A model generated the notes under the pieces. It worked only from the letters and a program-made list of their open reading frames with translations, was not told the DNA's origin and did not search any database. A stretch of 64,000 bases of DNA from Felis catus (lineage: Eukaryota), in contig NC_058373.1 of assembly GCF_018350175.1 (NCBI RefSeq), positions 103,294,001-103,358,000 on the forward strand, read 5' to 3'. Each line of letters starts with the position of its first letter. The first letter of the stretch is position 1. Position numbers and translations under genes: made by a program. Below are positions 39,403 through 51,356 of the stretch, piece after piece.

Positions 39403-39620
39403 GTTAGTTTCGGGCATACAGTATGATAGTTCTGTATTTGTGCATATTACAAAATAATCACTACAGTAAGTTTAGCTAACATTTGTCACCACACATAATT
39501 ACAAAGTTTTTTTCTGGGGATGACAGCTTTTTAAGATCCACTCTCCTGGCTACTTTCAAATATACAACGCAGTATTATTTACCATAGGCACCGTGCTGTA
39601 TGTTACATCCCCATGACACA
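39403..39620 (-). mobile_element. L1 3' UTR fragment
   Basis: ctttcaaatatacaacgcagtattatt...gtgctgtatgttacatccccatgac. Confidence 0.75.
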
Positions 39621-40371
39621 GCTTCCTCTCCTTCGTGGAAATTTTAGCACACTTTCCTTCATTTTGATATGTAGTCAGACCTTTTGGCACAGTAGCGTTT
39701 AGTGATGTACAAGGAGAAGGACATAAGGATAATATAAAAATTAATTCCTATTTGGTTTTTGAAAGACTAAGAAAAAACTTAGTTCTAAAATTGCAGACAA
39801 GCTATGTTCTTAGCATTATGCATATAAATACACATTATTTTTATTTTATAATGAAAATTTTTTAAACCAATCACTTTGAAAAGCAAACATGTTCAAAATA
39901 CTTCCTAAATAACACTTGAATCAGAAAGGACATTGATACTACAAGTATAGGCCTTTTTAAAAAGAACTATAGAACATTATGTAGCAAAACTCAAGAGATG
40001 TGACTGACCTCATACTCAGAAGGAAATGTAAAAATTGAAGTGCTTTCATTATAGAAGGGAGGGAAGGAGGAAGGAAATCAAGAAACTAACCATTGGTCTC
40101 TAAGAGTTCTCTTTAAAAAATGAAAGTAAGAAAATACAGAACAGGGTCATGAATAGTGGTTCCTATTAGTGGTATATAATAGGAAGTCCAAAAATAGATC
40201 AAAAGAAAGCAGAAGGAAGGAAATGAAAAGGGAAAAAAATCATCAATTTAGGAAGAAGAGAATTTATAATATATTCAAGATTTGGTGCTTTAAAACAACA
40301 AAAAATTAAAATTAAGGCTAATAAAGGAAAAAAAAAATCAAACTCAAATTGGGAGCCATGAGGTTTTGCAT

Positions 40372-40536
40372 TTCTTTCTTTCTTTTTTTTTTTTTTTTTT
40401 TTTTTTTTGAATGCTTTTATTTGAGAGAGAGAGAAGAGAGACAGAATGAGGGAGACAGAGGATCCAAAGCAGGCTCTGTGAGATCATGACCTGAGCTGAG
40501 GTTGGACACTTAACCTACTGAGCCACGCAGGTGTCC
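40372..40536 (-). mobile_element. Internally deleted CanSINE with a long T tract
   Basis: Long T run followed by gagag...gagccacgcaggtgtcc; TSD about gg(c/t)tttgcatttct. Confidence 0.88.
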
Positions 40537-41179
40537 ATAGGCTTTGCATTTCTGTATGGAGAGCTAAATTATTAAATAAACTATATTGAAACAAGTGTCA
40601 AAACAATATCGTAGATCACATCCTAAAGGGGGAATAAGTAGTTCTGAAAAATAAGAAAATAGGCTCAACCTATCTCAAAAAGAGAAATGTGGCTTCGCAT
40701 CGCACAGCCACATTATGTTTCACTTACCAGATTGGCAAAAATCTGAAAGGTCTTGTCAGAGATGTGGGGAAACGCTCTCCTACTCCTATAAACTGGTATG
40801 ACCTGTGTGCAGCAGTGAGTTAGAGATGCTGGTGAAAAGGAAAAATGCTTGCACTCTTTGACTCCGCTCTTCTGTTTCTAGAGATTTACCCCAAAGATAC
40901 CCCTACATACATGCAGAATTACATTTTTACCAAGTTACTGCTCAAAGCAAGATTTAGTAGCCAAAGATTATGAACAACCTAAATGTCCTTCAGTAGGGGA
41001 CCAGTTCGGTAAATTCAGGTACAGCCATACAGTGGAGGTCTCCAAGACTGTAAAAGAGAACAAGAAAAAGCTTGTGTGGATGTGGAACGAGCTCCAAACA
41101 TAGTTAATGAATTAAATACTAGTATTATTAATTATATTGAGCCATTGATAATATATTCAATTAAGATTATTTAATCTTT

Positions 41180-41405
41180 GGGGTGCCTGGGTGGCTCAGT
41201 CAGTTGAACGTCCGATTCTTGATTTCCGACTCTTGATTTAGGCTCAGGTCATGATCTTGTATTTTGTGGGATCAAGCCCTGGGTTGTGCTCTGAGCTGAC
41301 AGAGTGGAACCTGCTTGTCATTCTTTCTCTCCCTCTCTCCCTCTGCCCCTCCACAACTCATGCACTTGCACGTGTGCTCTCTCTCTCTCAAAATGAAACA
41401 TTTTA
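41180..41405 (+). mobile_element. CanSINE with an internal 14-nt duplication
   Basis: ccgattcttgattt ccgactcttgattt. Outer TSD aagatta(tt/gc)taatctt at ~41163 and ~41642. Confidence 0.92.
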
Positions 41406-41622
41406 GGGGCACCTGGGTGGCTCAGTCGGTTGAGCGTTGGACTTTGGCTCAGATCATGATCTCACGGTTCATGGGTTTGAGCCCTGCATCGGGCTCTGGG
41501 CTGACAGCTCAGTGCCTGGAGCCTGCTTCAGATTCTGTCTCCCTCTCTTTCTGCTCCTCCCCTGCTCACACTCTGTCTCTCTCTCAAAAATAAATAAAGA
41601 TTTTTTTAAAAACATTTTTTTA
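41406..41622 (+). mobile_element. CanSINE inserted in the tail of the previous SINE
   Basis: Inner TSD about aaa(tg/gt)aaacatttta. Confidence 0.92.
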
Positions 41623-42545
41623 AAAAGTAAACATTTTAAAAAAGATTAGCTAATCTTAAATAGTAATAAATTTGTTATTAAATATTAAATAGTATATTAT
41701 TAAATATTAGCATAGATAAATGATTTAAATAATGCTTATATGCGTTAAAAATCTCCAAGAGGACAAATAAGACATTATTACTAAAGCAGCTGCCTTTGTG
41801 GGGAAGAGGTCTGGGTAGGGGGGACATGGGGGGCTATTTCACACTATGATTTTTGAACCATGTGAATGTGTTAGCTATTTTATAAAAAGCTAAACAATCC
41901 TAGATAGTGTCATAGTCCTAGATATGGACCAATTAATTAAGGGCCCCAAAAGTAGTATTTATCATAGACAAAATATTAACAGTGGCTTTAGTCATGCCAT
42001 TCCATTTTATAACATTCTAAATGTTTTTTCTTCTCCTTCAACCAGAGAAAATCTCTTCCTAAATAAATGCATGTCTACACTTCCCTGTTGATGATTTTAG
42101 TGGACTTCATAATAATTTTTTAATACTTCCCAAAATTATTTTCCAAGATTCCAAGATTTCCAAATAAATCTTCTATTTACAAGATTTTTTACATAGGTTT
42201 TTTACACGTCTTACCTAGAGAACAGACTCTCAATACCAAAAAAAAAAAAAAAAAAAAAAAGCATCAATAAAATTTTACAGTGGTCAGTGGTACAGTTTTT
42301 ACCACTTTCTTGTTTGTTTTTATTTTTTAAAATTTACATCCAAATTAGTTAGCATATAGTCAAACAATGATTTCAGGAGTAGATTCCTTAATGCCCCTTA
42401 CCCATTTAGCCTATCCCCCCTCCCACAACCCCTCCAGCAACCCTTAGTTTGTTCTCCATATTTATGAGTCTCTTCTGTTTTGTCCCCTTCCCTGTTTTTA
42501 TATTATTTTTGTTTCCCTTCACTTATGTTCATCTGTTTTGTCTCT

Positions 42546-45500
42546 TAAAGTCCTCATATTGAGTGAAGTCATATGATTTTTCTTTCTCTGACAAATTTCA
42601 CTTAGCATAATACCCTCTAGTTCCATCCATGTAGTTGCAAATGACAAGATTTCATTCTTTTTGATTGCCAACTAATACTCCATTGTATATATATACCACA
42701 TTTTCTTTATCCATTCATCCAACAATGGACACTTGGGCTCTTTCCATACCTTGGCTATTGTCAATAGTGTCCCTTCGAAACAGCACACCTGTATCCCTTG
42801 GATAAATGCCTAGTAGTGCAATTGCTGGGTTGTAGGGTAGTTCTATTTTTAGTTTTTTGAGGAATCTCCATACTGTTTTCCAGAGTGGCTGCACCAGCTT
42901 GCATGGCCACCAACAATGCAAAAGAGATCCTCTTTCTCCACATCCTCACCAACATCTGTTGTTGTCTGAGTTGTTAATGTTAGCCATTCTGACAGGTGTA
43001 AGGTGGTATCTCATTGTGGTTTTGATTTGTATTTCCCTGATGATGAGTGATGTGGAGCATTTTTTCATGTGTCTGTTTGCCATCTGGATGTCTTCTTTGG
43101 AGAAGTGTCTATTCATGTCTTTTGCCCATTTCTTCACGGGATTCTTTGTTTTTTGGGTGTTGAGTTTGATAAGTTCTTTATAGATTTTGGATACTAACCC
43201 TTTATCTGACATGTCGTTTGCAAAAATCTTCTCCCATTCTGTGTGTTGCCTTTTAGTTGTGCTGATTGTTTCTTTTGCTGTGCAGAAACTTTTTATTTTG
43301 ATGAGGTCCCAGTAGTTCATTTTTGCTTTTGTTTCCCTTACCTCCAGAGACGTGTTGAGTAAGAAGTTGTTGCAGGTGAGATCAAAGAGGTTTTTGCCTG
43401 CTTTCTCCTCGAGGATTTTGATGGCTTCCTGTCTTACATTGAGGTCGTTCATCCATTTTGAGTTCATTTTTGTGTATGGTGTAAGAAAGTGGTCCAGGTT
43501 CATTCTTCTTCATGTTGCTGTCCAGTTTTCCCAATGCCATTTGCTAAAGAGACTGTCTTTATTCCATTGGATATTCTTTCCTGCTGTGTCAAGGATTGGT
43601 TGGCCATATGTTTGCAGGTCCATTTCTGGGTTCTCTATTCTGTTCCATTGATCTGAGTGTCTGTTCTTGTGCCAGTACCATACTGTCTTGATGATTACAG
43701 CTTTGTAGTATAGCCTGAAGTCTGGGATTTTGATGCTTCCTGCTTTCGTTTTCTTTTTCAAGATTGCTTTGGCTATTCGGGGTCTTTTCTGGTTCCATAC
43801 AAAATTTAGGATTATTTGTTCTAGCTCTGTGACGAATGCTGGTGTTATTTTGATAGGGATTGCATTGAATATGTAGATCGCTTTGGGTGGTATCGACATT
43901 TTAACAATATTTGTTCTTCCTATCCAGGAGCATGGAATCTTTTTCCATTTTTATGTGTCTTCTTCAAATTCTTTCATAAGTTTTCTATAGTTTTCAGTGT
44001 ATAGATTTTTTTCACCTCTTTGGTTAGATTTATTCCTAGGTATTTTATGGTTTTTTTGTGCAACTGTAAATGGGATTGATTCCTTGATTTCTCTTTCCAT
44101 TGCCTCATTGTTGGTGTATAGGAATGCAACCGATTTCTGTGCATTGATTTTATATCCTGCAACTTTGTTGAATTCATGAATCAATTCTAGCAGTTTTTTG
44201 GTGGAATCTTTTGGGTTTTCCATATAGACTATCATGTCATCTGCGAAGAGTGAAAGTTTGACCTCCTGGCCTATTTGGATGCCTTTTATTTCTTTGTGTT
44301 GTCTGATTGCAGAGGCTAAGACTTCCAATACTTTGTTGAATAACAGTGGTGAGAGTGGACATCCCTGTCTTGTTCCTGACCTTAGGGGGAAAACTCTCAG
44401 TTTTTCCCCATTGAGGATGATATTAGCATTGGATCGTTCATATATGGCTTTTATGATCTCGAGGTATGCTCCTTCTATCCCTACTTTCTTGAGGGTTTTT
44501 ATCAAGAAAGGATGCTGTATTTTTGTCAAATGCTTTCTCTGCAACTGTTGAGAGGATCATATGGTTCTTGTCCTTTCTTTTATTGTTGTGATGAATCATG
44601 TTAATTGTTTTGCGGATATTGAACCAGCCCTGCATCCCAGGTATGAATCCCACTTGGTCATGGTGAATATTTTTTTAATGTATTGTTGGATCCGGTTGGC
44701 TAGTATCTTGTTGAGGATTTTTGCATCCATGTTCATCAGGGAAATTGGTCTATAGTTCTCCTTTTTAGTGGGGTCTCTGTCTGGTTTTGGAATCAAGGTA
44801 ATGCTGGCTTCATGGAAAGAGTTTGGAAGTTTTCCTTCCATTTCTATTTTTTGGAACAGTTTCAAGAGTATAGGTGTTAACTCTTCCTTAAATGTTTGGT
44901 AGAATTCCCCTGGAAAGCCATCTGGCCCTGGGTTTTTGTTTTTTGGCAGATTTATGATTACTAATTCAATTTCCTTACTGGTTATGGGTCTGTTCCAATT
45001 ATCTATTTCTTCCTGTTTCAGTTTTGGTAGTGTATATGTTTCTAGGAATTTGCCCATTTCTTCCAGATTACCCATTTTATTGGTATATAATTGCTCATAA
45101 TATTCTCTTACTATTATTTTTATTTCTCTTGTGTTGGTTGTGATCTCTCCTCTTTCATTCTTGATTTTATTTATTTGGGTCCTTTCCTTTTTCTTCTTGA
45201 TCAAACTGGCTAGTGGTTTATCAATTTTGTTAATTCTTTCAAAGAACTAGCTTCTGGTTTCATTGATCTGTTTTTCTTTTGGTTTTGATAGCATTAATTT
45301 CTTTATTATTTATTATTATTATTTATTTATTATTATATAGGTCTAATCTTTATTATTTCCTGTCTTCTGCTGGTTTGGGGTTTTATTTGCTGTTCTTTTT
45401 GCAGTTCCTTAAGGCGTGAGGTTAGGTTGTGTATCTGAGATCTTTCTTCCTTCTTTAGGAAGGCCTGGATTGCTATATACTTTCCTCTTCTGACCGCCTT

Positions 45501-46366
45501 TGCTGCGTCCCAGAGGTTTTGGGTTGTGGTGTTATCATTTTCATTGACTTCCATATACTTTTTAATTTCCTTTTTAACTGCTTGGTTAGCCCATTCATTC
45601 GTTAGTAGGATGTTCTTCAGTCTCCAAGTATTTGTTACCTTTCCAAATTTTTTTCTTGTGGTTGATTCCAAGTTTCATAGTGTTGTGGTCTGAAAATATG
45701 CACGGTATGATCTCAATCTTTTTGTACTTACTTAGGGCTGATTTGTGTCCCAGTATGTGGTCTATTCTGGAGAACGTTCCATGTGCACTGGAGAAGAATG
45801 TATATTCTGCTTTAGAATGAAATGTTCTGAATATATCTGTTAAGTCCATCTGGTCCAGTGTGTCATTCAAAGCCATTGTTTCCGTGTTGATTTTTTGATT
45901 AGATGATCTGTCCATTGCTGTGAGCGGGGTGTTGAAGTCTCCTACTATTATGGTATTAATATCAATGAGTTTCTTTATGTTTGTGATTAATTGATTTATA
46001 TATTTGGGTGCTCTCACATTTGGCACATAAATATTTACAATTGTTAGGTCTTCTTGGTGGATAGACCCCTTGATTATGATAAAATGCCCTTCTTCATCTC
46101 TTGATACAGTCTTTGTTTTAAAGTGTAGATTGTCTGATACAAGTGTGGCTACTCTGGCTTTCTTTTGTTGACCATTAGCATGATAGATGGTTCTCCATCC
46201 ACTTATTTTCAATCTGAAAATGTCTTTAGGTCTAAAGTGGGTCTCTTGTAAACAGCATCTAGATGGATCTTGTTTTCTTACCCATTCTGTTACCCTGTCT
46301 TTTGATTGGAGCATTGAGTCCATTGACGTTTAGAGTGAATACTGAAACATAGGAATTTATTGCCAT
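42546..46366 (-). pseudogene. L1 ORF2 (endonuclease / reverse transcriptase), disrupted by frameshifts
   Basis: Starts MAINSYVSVFTLNVNGLNAPI. ORF-track pieces show the EN domain (CLQETH, GDFNTPL, SDHN) and RT ([31 protein letters not shown]), broken into seven or more fragments. Confidence 0.93.
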
Positions 46367-46433
46367 TATGATGCTTGTAGAGTTGGAGTTTCTGGTGGTG
46401 TTCTCTGGTCCTTTCTAATCTTCTGTTGCATTT

Positions 46434-46435
<2 letters not shown>

Positions 46436-46479
<44 letters not shown>
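46436..46479. repeat. (GT)n microsatellite in the L1 inter-ORF spacer
   Basis: About 21 GT units. Confidence 0.95.
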
Positions 46480-46481
<2 letters not shown>

Positions 46482-46588
46482 TTTTTTTTCATCTTTTCTC
46501 CCTTCAGAGAGTCCTCCTTAAAATTTCTTACAGGGCTGGTTTAGTGGTCACAAACTCCTTTAATTTTTGTCAATTTTTTACCACTTTC

Positions 46589-47305
46589 AAATCAACACAT
46601 CACTGCAATAGCACCTGTAATTTCATCACTATTCTTTAGCAACATGTTGGGACATAGATAGTTCTTCATTATTGTACAGTCACATTCCACTCACATTGTT
46701 CACTTTCCCCCTCACCTCTGCAAATGCAAGATGAGCGAAAGATTCATGAGAATCTTAACATGAGATCCATCGTCTTGACAAAATATGTGCCCAATACAGT
46801 AACTTTACCATAGACACAGGGTTATCCAGCAGATCTCTGGAATGCATTCATCTTGTGGAACTGAAACTTTGTACGTATTGAACAGTGATTCCCATTTCCC
46901 TCCATCCCCAGTCCCTGGCAGCCATCATTCTGCTCTGTTTCTATTGATTGTGTAGATACTGCACATAATCAGAATCGGGCAATATTTGTAATATCCTCCA
47001 GGTTTATGCATGTTGGTGCATGTGGCAGGATTTCCTCTTTTGTAAAACTGAATAATATCCCATTGGATGTTTATACCACATTTTCTTTATCCATTCACCC
47101 TTTGCAGACCTTTTGGTTGTATCTAGATCTTGGCTACAGTAAGTAATGCTGCAGTGAACATGGGGAGCAGATACCTCTTTGAGATCCTGATTTCAGGTTC
47201 TTTTGGTTTTTCTTTTGTTTTATTTTTGTTTAATAAATACCCAGAAACAGATTGCTGAATCACATGGTAGTTTTGTTTTTAATTTTTTGAGGAACCTCCA
47301 TACAG
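46589..47305 (-). mobile_element. Older L1 3' UTR / ORF2 end (host of the younger L1)
   Basis: ataccacattttctttatccattca, tgctgcagtgaacatgggg, ttttttgaggaacctccatac. Confidence 0.85.
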
Positions 47306-47319
47306 TTGTAAACATCTAA

Positions 47320-47853
47320 GTGCTTTTTGCATACTTCCTATTCCACCACATGGAATATTTGAAAGCCTCAATATTTAACGAGAGTAATTTATTACCACTT
47401 CATCAGAAGCACACTTAAGTGAAATTGACATTATTTTTAACTGCACATGCACGGCGATGAAGAATGCAGTGGCTGTTAGTACACTTTGGTGCCGCTGCCT
47501 TGATTCCTGCTAAAGCACTTGATTGCCTGAGCACCATCAGAATAAATGTTAGCACAGTGGAAAAGGCAAATGGCACGTTTGTATTATTATGAAAGTGATT
47601 TTTGGCTTCATGGACATGGTCCTTAGAAAAGGTCTCAGGGCTCTTAAATATGGAGAACAAACAGAGGGTTACTGGAGGGGTTGTGGGAGCGGGGATGGGC
47701 TAAATGGGTAAGGGGCATTAAGGAATCTACTCCTGAAATCATTGTTGTGCTTATATGCTAACTAACTTGGATGTAAATTTAAGAAAGAAAAAAAAGAAAG
47801 AAAGAAAAAAAGTCTCAGGAACCCACAGAGGTTCATAGACTATACTGAGAAAT
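47320..47853. mobile_element. hAT-Charlie-type non-autonomous DNA transposon end, interrupted by an L1 fragment
   Basis: gcacagtggaaaaggcaaat...tattattatgaaagtgatttttg...gtctcagg...catagactatactgagaa resembles Charlie-family termini. Subfamily not resolved. Confidence 0.55.
47641..47805 (+). mobile_element. Short 5'-truncated L1 3' UTR (same family as the 42310-46570 L1)
   Basis: aaatatggagaacaaac...ggggcattaaggaatctactcctgaaatcattg...ggatgtaaattt plus A tail; TSD about aaaa(g/a)gtctcagg. Confidence 0.92.
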
Positions 47854-48832
47854 ACCAAATCATACTATACTAACCTCTTAAATTGCATAGCTGAAGAAAT
47901 TTGGGTCTTTGAGAGGAAAGGTAACTAGCTACTAGGGGCAGAAAAGGCATTACTGGCAGAAGTAAGATTTACGTCTCTGGAGTTCTACATTCTCTACATA
48001 GTACCTCTTTAAAGTGTGGTAATTCAACAAGAATTTATAGATTTACTAAGAAAACATAACACATTTGTCATCTTAACTAAAATAATCTGATTCTACTTGC
48101 AAAATAACTAGACCTGTGGGAGGATTACTATCAGGTCATTTCTCTGCAGAGTAAAACTAAGGCATTCTCAGAAGGCCCTGAACAATCAAGGTTGTTTTAA
48201 TTTTTCTTCCTTTTACAAGTTCTTATGTCCCAAATCTACCACAGACAAAGGTTACTGAGCAAAAAGCAATGTAGCATTCCTATATCTCAAGCCTGGACCT
48301 TGGTGTTGAGGGCTGTTCATTGTAGCCATTATCTATAAAATGATTTCTAAGTTAATTGAGAATTTAAAAGCAGAACATCAGACTGAACCAAAGAAGGTCC
48401 TTGTGCTGCCTTTCCCACTGTGGAACAGACAGTAGGCTCAGAACTTGGAAATATTATTGCCTAAGGAAGAAAATATCAATTATATCTCAATTTAAGAGAT
48501 GGGTTAAGGGTAAGAAAGTCTGAGTTAATATAGCAACAGTTTCTTAGTAATTTTCTAGAATAGGAGTAAATGAAAGAGGGAATAGTGTAGCTATTGAGAA
48601 AGCAAAATATTTTTGTTTTAAATGTTTATCAAAGAAATCAAAGGAAGTGATGAAATGTCTTACAGGGTCCCTAAAGGGAAGTATGATGCCAAATGCATAT
48701 TGACCATCAGGGTAAGGAAATCAGCCAGGCCTCAAGATTTCTGTTTCATAATTTGGACCCTGGGTGCTGCCATACCTTATGTTTTTGGTTTTTGTTTGGT
48801 TGGTGTTTAATTTAGTTGGTTTATAGTACTTT

Positions 48833-49041
48833 TATTTGTTTTTAATGCGTATTTATTTTTGAGAGAGAGAGAGAGAGAGCATGACAGGGGCATGAGAGAG
48901 AGGGAGACACAGAATCCAAAGCAGGCTCCAGGCTCTGAGCTGCCAGCACAGAGCCCGATGCCGGGCTCAAACCCACAAACTGCAAGATCATGACCTGTGT
49001 TGAAGTTGGATGCTTAACCAACTGAGCCACCTACACACCCC
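48833..49041 (-). mobile_element. CanSINE
   Basis: TSD tatagtactttt. Confidence 0.92.
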
Positions 49042-49129
49042 TATAGTACTTTTTGATGGCAATATTTAAGTAGCATATATCTAGTTGAGAAAAGTTAAAG
49101 AATATTTGCTATTTAAATAGTTATTTTTT

Positions 49130-49348
49130 GGGGGTGCCTGGGTGCCTCCATCGGTTGAATGTCCAACTTTTGATTTTGGCTCAGGTACTGATCTCATGGT
49201 CATGCGATTGAGCCCTGTGTTGAGTCCTGCTTCAGGCCCTGTGCCGAGTACGGAGCCTGCTTGAGATTCTGTCTTTCCCTCTGCCCCTCTCCTGCTTTCA
49301 CATGCCCATGCTTGCTCTCTCTCTCTTAAAAAAAAAAAAAAAAAAAAA
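49130..49348 (+). mobile_element. CanSINE
   Basis: Head ggggtgcctgggtgcctc, long A tail; TSD about agttattt. Confidence 0.9.
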
Positions 49349-49414
49349 GAGAGAGTTATTTCTTAAAGCATTGTGTGTCTCTCTCACAGAGATCAAGCTG
49401 ACTGTCAGAATCTT

Positions 49415-50620
49415 CCATTCATCAGTTTCATTTCTTGAGCACCTGCTATGTATCAGATACTCCTGTAGTTACTGAAGACAGCCAGGGCTCCCCTCTCATG
49501 GAGGCTGCATCCTAGAGGAGGCAAACGGACCACAAATAAGCATTCCATGGGGGAGGAATGGGGGGTGCCAAAGCCCCAAGCAGGAGCAGAGTGAAGGAGG
49601 AGGACAGTGAAATGAGATGAGCTTGGAGAGGTGGGGCCTTTAAAGCCAAGTAAAAAAATTGAGTTTTAAGCAAGAGAGGGGTATAGTCTAATTGATATTT
49701 CTTAAAGATATCTTCACGTACTCTCTCGAAAGGAATGGAGGTGACATGTGAAAACAGAGACCAGTTTGGAGACTAAGGCAATGCAACCCTAGTAAAAACT
49801 GACAGTAACTGGAACTAAGGTTGGAGAAATGAAAGGACGGAAGCTGTGTTTGGAGGCAGTGTTGACAGGTGGCTGTGAAGGAAGGTAAACAATCAAGGAT
49901 AATATTTTGATACTGAGTTTCAGCTTGAGCAAATTGGATACCAGTCGTTGGTGGGGCATCTAGGGATTGAAGAAGAATCCAGGCTCTGTTTAGAACATGT
50001 TACATTTTGAGATGCTTATTAGATTCCGAAGTGGAGATTGGGCATGATAGTCTGAAGCTCTGGTAAAGATCAGGACTTTTTGGCTAATAGTAGGATTTAA
50101 CGAGATTACCTAGGGAGAGAAGAGAAAGAGAAGGGAAGGGGATGATTTACCAACTAGCCTGTAGGGTTTCCTTATTCTTTCTTTTTTTATTTACTTATTT
50201 TGAGAGAAAGGGCACTCGAGGGAGCCAGGGAGGGGCAGAGGGAGAGAGAGAATCCCAAGCAGGCTCCACACTCCGTGCAGAGCCCAACACGGGGGCTCAG
50301 TCTGACGAACCACGACAGCATGACCTGAACTGAAACCAAGCATTGACCGCTTAACCAACTGAGCTATCAAAGCACCCCGGGCTGCATTATTCTAATACCA
50401 GGTACAGATGTGCCAGGATGTGCTGGCTGAGCTCTGCAGTAGTGCGATCAGTACTGCCCTGGGGTAGAAACTCCACAGGTGTGTTGAGAGAAGTTGAGTG
50501 AGGGAGGAGTCAGGACATTGGGAGGGTGGTAACTAGTGACAGGTTTTTCAAGAAGTATTGCCTCTAACTGAACTGGAGAGATGGGGCCATAGGTTAAAGC
50601 CTGCTTGCAGGGGAACGAAT
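49415..50620 (-). mobile_element. L2-like fragments
   Basis: ttgagcacctgctatgtatcagatac, cagagaccagtttggagact, cagcttgagcaaattgga, gagattacctagggagag. Confidence 0.6.
50172..50377 (-). mobile_element. CanSINE (diverged)
   Basis: ttattttgagag...gaatcccaagcaggctccaca...aactgagctatcaaagcacccc. Confidence 0.88.
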
Positions 50621-50649
50621 GTGTTTTGTTTCTTAATTTTTGTTAATGT

Positions 50650-50863
50650 TTATTTATTTATTTTAATGTTTATTTATTTTTGAGACAGAGAGAGAGCGTG
50701 AATGAGGGAGGGGTTAGAGAGAGAGGGAGACACAGAACCGGAAGCAGGCTCCAGGCTCTGAGCCATCAGCCCAGAGCCCGACGCGGGGCTCGAACTCACA
50801 GACCTCGAGATTGTGACCTGAGCTGAAGTCGGACGCCCAACCGACTGAGCCACCCAGGCGCCC
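50650..50863 (-). mobile_element. Young CanSINE inserted in the tail of the next SINE
   Basis: CpG-rich; inner TSD taatgt(t/g)tatttattt. Confidence 0.92.
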
Positions 50864-51060
50864 TAATGTGTATTTATTTTTAAGAGAGAGAATGCAAGTG
50901 AGGGAGGGACAGAGAGAGAGACAGAGACACAGAATCCGAAGCAGGCTCCAGGCTCCGACCTCTCAGCACAGAGCCCGATGCGGGACTGGAACCCACAAAC
51001 TGTGAGATCTTGACCTGAGCTGAAGTCGGACGCTTAACCAACTGAGCCATCCAGGTGCCC
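50864..51060 (-). mobile_element. CanSINE
   Basis: Outer TSD ggaa(c/g)gaatgtgtttt at ~50612 and ~51062. Confidence 0.92.
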
Positions 51061-51104
51061 TGGAAGGAATGTGTTTTTAAAGATGAGAGAGACTAATCTA
51101 GAAC

Positions 51105-51356
51105 AGTGCTACTCAAAGTGTGCTCAGCTGAGCATCCAAGCGTCTGTTAATGGTACAGAATGAGCTGGGTAGGACATGGAGAGGACTTTGGAAACCATTA
51201 CAGCACCTTTTATAGTACCTGAAACACCCAAGCAGATGATCATTTTTCTAATACTCATTTTTATTGTACTTTTAAAAAGTATCAGTGACAAGTTGCTGTT
51301 TAAAAAAAAATTGGTCCTTTTACCCCCACAGAGTCACAGAGTTGGAGAAGCTTCAC
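51105..51356. mobile_element. hAT-Charlie-type MITE (MER-like)
   Basis: Starts cagtgctactcaaagtgtg and ends ...agttggagaagc (degenerate hAT TIRs). Confidence 0.55.

Larger units (their letters stand above)
42310..46570 (-). mobile_element. Feliform/carnivore L1, 5'-truncated within the end of ORF1, antisense to PELI2
   Basis: TSD tttttaccactttc at ~42296-42309 and ~46575-46588. Contains the ORF1 C-terminus (QKLKEFVTTKPAL), an (AC)n inter-ORF tract, a complete ORF2 region and the 3' UTR. Inserted into an older L1 3' UTR. Confidence 0.96.

Noticed and set aside
42546..46366. Possible active reverse-transcriptase gene
   Set aside because: ORF2 is broken by multiple frameshifts and the element lacks a promoter and most of ORF1; it is an inactive L1 copy.
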